Assembly (NCBI GenBank): GCA_051294375.1
Contig: CM119265.1
Coordinates: forward strand, 1,131,780-1,162,516
From: Paraspadella gotoi
Taxonomy: Eukaryota > Animalia > Chaetognatha
Direction: 5' to 3'
Length of the DNA stretch: 30,737 bases
In this document: in pieces, positions 27,739 through 30,737 of the stretch
Position numbering within the stretch: position 1 is the first letter of the stretch
Layout of the letters: each line of letters starts with the position of its first letter
Position numbers and translations under genes: made by a program
Notes under the pieces: generated by a model
The model's database searches: none
Told to the model about the DNA's origin: nothing
The model's input: the letters and a program-made list of their open reading frames with translations, nothing else

Positions 27739-30737
27739 NNNNNNNNNNNNNNNNNNNNNNNNNNNNNNNNNNNNNNNNNNNNNNNNNNNNNNNNNNNNNN
27801 NNNNNNNNNNNNNNNNNNNNNNNNNNNNNNNNNNNNNNNNNNNNTCTCTCTCTCTTTGCTCCGCAACGCACGAACCGAGAACGCGGTTAATGTCGCTGAA
27901 AAGACACTTATTAATAGTTAATGGCTACTTTTTATTAATGATTTTTCTTTCTTTTTTATCTTTCTTTCTTTCTTTCTTTCTCTCTTTCTTTCTATCTTTC
28001 TTTCTTTCTTTTTTTCTTTCTCTCTTTCTTTCTCTCTGTCTCTCTTTCTCTCTTTTCTTTTTATTCGATTATGGTGACAGTCTTCTTCATCAGCGCAAAT
28101 TAACAATTTGACATGAATTTTCACACACATATTTTTCCGTTGTTGAAACAAAAATTTTGTTTTTTCTAAAATTCTAATATAAATTTTAAAAATTGTCTCA
28201 CCAACTTCTTTTCCTCTTATCTTTAACATTTTAACCTTTAAAAAAAAAATTAAAATATTTTTTTCCCATTTTTTTCCCATCTTTTTCTAATTTTTTTTTC
28301 CATCCCAGCTCCCTTTTATTTTTTTGTCTCTTTTATCTCCGAGTTTTATATCTACCATAAANNNNNNNNNNNNNNNNNNNNNNNNNNNNNNNNNNNNNNN
28401 NNNNNNNNNNNNNNNNNNNNNNNNNNNNNNNNNNNNNNNNNNNNNNNNNNNNNNNNNNNNNNNNNNNNNNNNNNNNNNNNNNNNNNNNNNNNNNNNNNNN
28501 NNNNNNNNNNNNNNNNNNNNNNNNNNNNNNNNNNNNNNNNNNNNNNNNNNNNNNNNNNNNNNNNNNNNNNNNNNNNNNNNNNNNNNNNNNNNNNNNNNNN
28601 NNNNNNNNNNNNNNNNNNNNNNNNNNNNNNNNNNNNNNNNNNNNAAAAAAAAGAATAATTTTACTTAAAGTTTTCTTGAAATCTCTGCGTTTGTTTGACA
28701 ACGAAACCAAATGGAAGAGTGAATGGAAGAGTGAATGGAAGAGTGAATTTTCTATGTTTGTTATCTTGCTTAAATAAGAGCCTTTCTTTGCTAGCCTCTT
28801 GCGCTTGTAAATAGGAGCGTTTCTTTGCTTGCTCCTTTGCCTTATAATAGGACAGCGTCTTTGCTTGTATCGCTTAATAGAGCTATGCTTTGCTTGCCTA
28901 TTTTCTTGAAATAGGAGCGTTTCTTTGCCTTGCCTCTTGCTTCATAAATAGGAGCTGTGTTTTTGCTTTGCCATCTTTGCGTGAAATAGGAGCGTTTCTT
29001 TGCTTGCCCTCTTGCTTAAATAGGAGCGTTTCTTTGCTTGCCTCTTTGCTTGTAAATAGGAGCGTTTCTTTCTTGCCTCTTTGCTTGTAAATAGGAGCGT
29101 GTCTTTGCTTGTATACTTTGCTTGTAAATAGGAGCCTTTCTATGTTATGTCTTTGCCTGTAAATAGAGCCTTCTCTTTGCTTGATCTTTGCTTGTAAATA
29201 GGAGCCTTCTTTGCTTGTATCTTGCTTGTAAATAGGAGCCTTTCTTTGCTTGCCTCTTGTCTCTAGTGACGACGCGTCCGGAAAATTTGAAAAACACTCT
29301 TCCATTTCACTCTTTCCATTCACTCTTCACATTCACTCTTCTCATTCACTCTTCCATTCACTCTTCCATTTGGTTCGTTGTTTTTCAAACAAACGCAGAG
29401 ATTCAAGAAAACTTTAAGTAAAATTATTCTTTTTTTTTATTTAATTTGAAAATGAAAATTGTTTTCTTTGGGAGACAAAAAGACAAAGAGACGACGACAC
29501 GACGACGACACGACGACAACGACGACTACGAAAATGAATATGACGACAACGAGATGATGACGACGACGATGACAAAAATGAGGATGACGACGATGGCACG
29601 ATATGATGATGACGATGATGACGACGACGATGATGACGACGACGATGAAGATGACGACAACGTTGAAGACGACGATGACGACGACGACGAGAAGACGACG
29701 ACGATGACGAAGACGTTTATGGTAGTATAAAACTCGGAGATAAAAGAGACAAAAAAATAAAAGGGAGCTGGGATGGAAAAAAAAATTAGAAAAAGATGGA
29801 AAAAAATGGGAAAAAAATATTTTAATTTTTTTAGAAGGTTAAAAATGTTAAAGATAAGAGGAAAAGAATTGTGATACAATTTTAAAATTTAATTTAGAAT
29901 TTAGAAAAAAACATAAAATTTTTTCACAACGGAAAATATGGTGGTGTGAAATTCATGTCAAATGTTATTGCCGCTGGATGAAGAAGACTTCACATAACAA
30001 TAAAAAGAAAAGAGAGAAGAGAGACAGAAGAAAAGAAAGGAAGAAAAAAGAAAAGAAAGAAAGAAAAGAAAGGATAGAATAGAAAAAAGAAAAAGAAAGA
30101 TAAGAAAGAAAAATAAGAAAGAAAGAAACATAATAAAAAGTAGCCATATAACTATTAATAATGTGTCTTTCAGCGACATTAACCGTTCGGTTCTGCCGTG
30201 CCGGAGCAAAGAGAGAGAAGCGAGAGACAGAGAAGAGAGAGAAGAGATGAGAGGACGAGAGAGAGAGGAGAGAGAGAGAGAGAGGGAGAGAGAGAGAGAG
30301 AGAGAGAGCGAACGACGTTTGCTTCGTGCATTAAAAATGAAAGGGAAGCATTAAGCTCTTAACTTTAATACACGTCATATGATTTTATGAAGCTTATAAT
30401 ATAAAATCACAAATATACAAACGAACATGACGAGAATTTTAAATATAATCCTATTTTAATTATGGTTTTTGATAATCCCCGAAGTTATAATTTAATTGAT
30501 TAATTACCCAGTTTAAAAATAAATACACCAAAGCTGTCCAAGTCAGGAAGTTAGCTTATTTATTAAATAAAGATAATTCTTTAATTGTTGTACATCATTT
30601 TATCCAAATTTCAGCTCCTTGTATTTTGATGCGTGGCGGGTACAATATTATATTCCCCCGATCTAATATTAGAGAGTCATTTTTCATACAATTGAAACAT
30701 TTTGAAACATTAGAATTAAATTGAATGAAGTGAAAGT
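27260..30737. repeat. Large inverted duplication (arms about 27260-28750 and 29290-30737+)
   Basis: 27285-27400 is the reverse complement of 30605-30715; 27860-28360 of 29718-30200; 28645-28745 of 29335-29437. The arms differ by many small indels. Confidence 0.92.
28755..29260. repeat. Minisatellite, about 35-36-bp unit (CTTTGCTTGCCTCTTGCTTGTAAATAGGAGCGTTT), about 14 copies
   Basis: Directly visible; forms the spacer of the large inverted duplication. Confidence 0.9.

Noticed and set aside
29446-29879. Poly-Asp/Thr/Ser ORFs (also 6777-7142)
   Set aside because: (GAC/GAT)n repeats; no splice or homology support.

Overview
AT-rich, microsatellite-rich animal (metazoan) genomic DNA from an indel-prone draft assembly with six N gaps; the taxon cannot be determined from the sequence. 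Nothing prokaryotic, CRISPR-like or rRNA-like was seen. Reading splice sites by eye gives four gene models. (1) A spliced + strand GH19 chitinase of the nematode-like subtype (430-9616; 5' end missing, one garbled exon, one GC-AG intron). (2, 3) Two tandem, highly divergent minus-strand DEG/ENaC channel genes (13879-18620 and 10199-13450), both with HG motif, TM1, GxC motif, 10-Cys thumb and GGxLGLxIGAS TM2. Both appear to lack most of the finger domain, and they share no intron position; one intron is bounded by an exact 10-bp direct repeat containing AG|GT. (4) An intronless, GC-rich orphan ORF with an N-terminal PAM2-like motif and Pro/Ala repeats (21416-22255). Also present: a TA-flanked Tc1/mariner-type MITE, a TTAA-flanked MITE, two tRNA-derived SINE heads, an LTR with a tRNA-Leu primer-binding site, a dispersed multi-hairpin repeat with compensatory changes, several minisatellites, and two duplications that are probably assembly artefacts (1-416 vs 2200-2635, and a large foldback at about 27260-30737). 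All family assignments rest on motif recognition, not on database searches.
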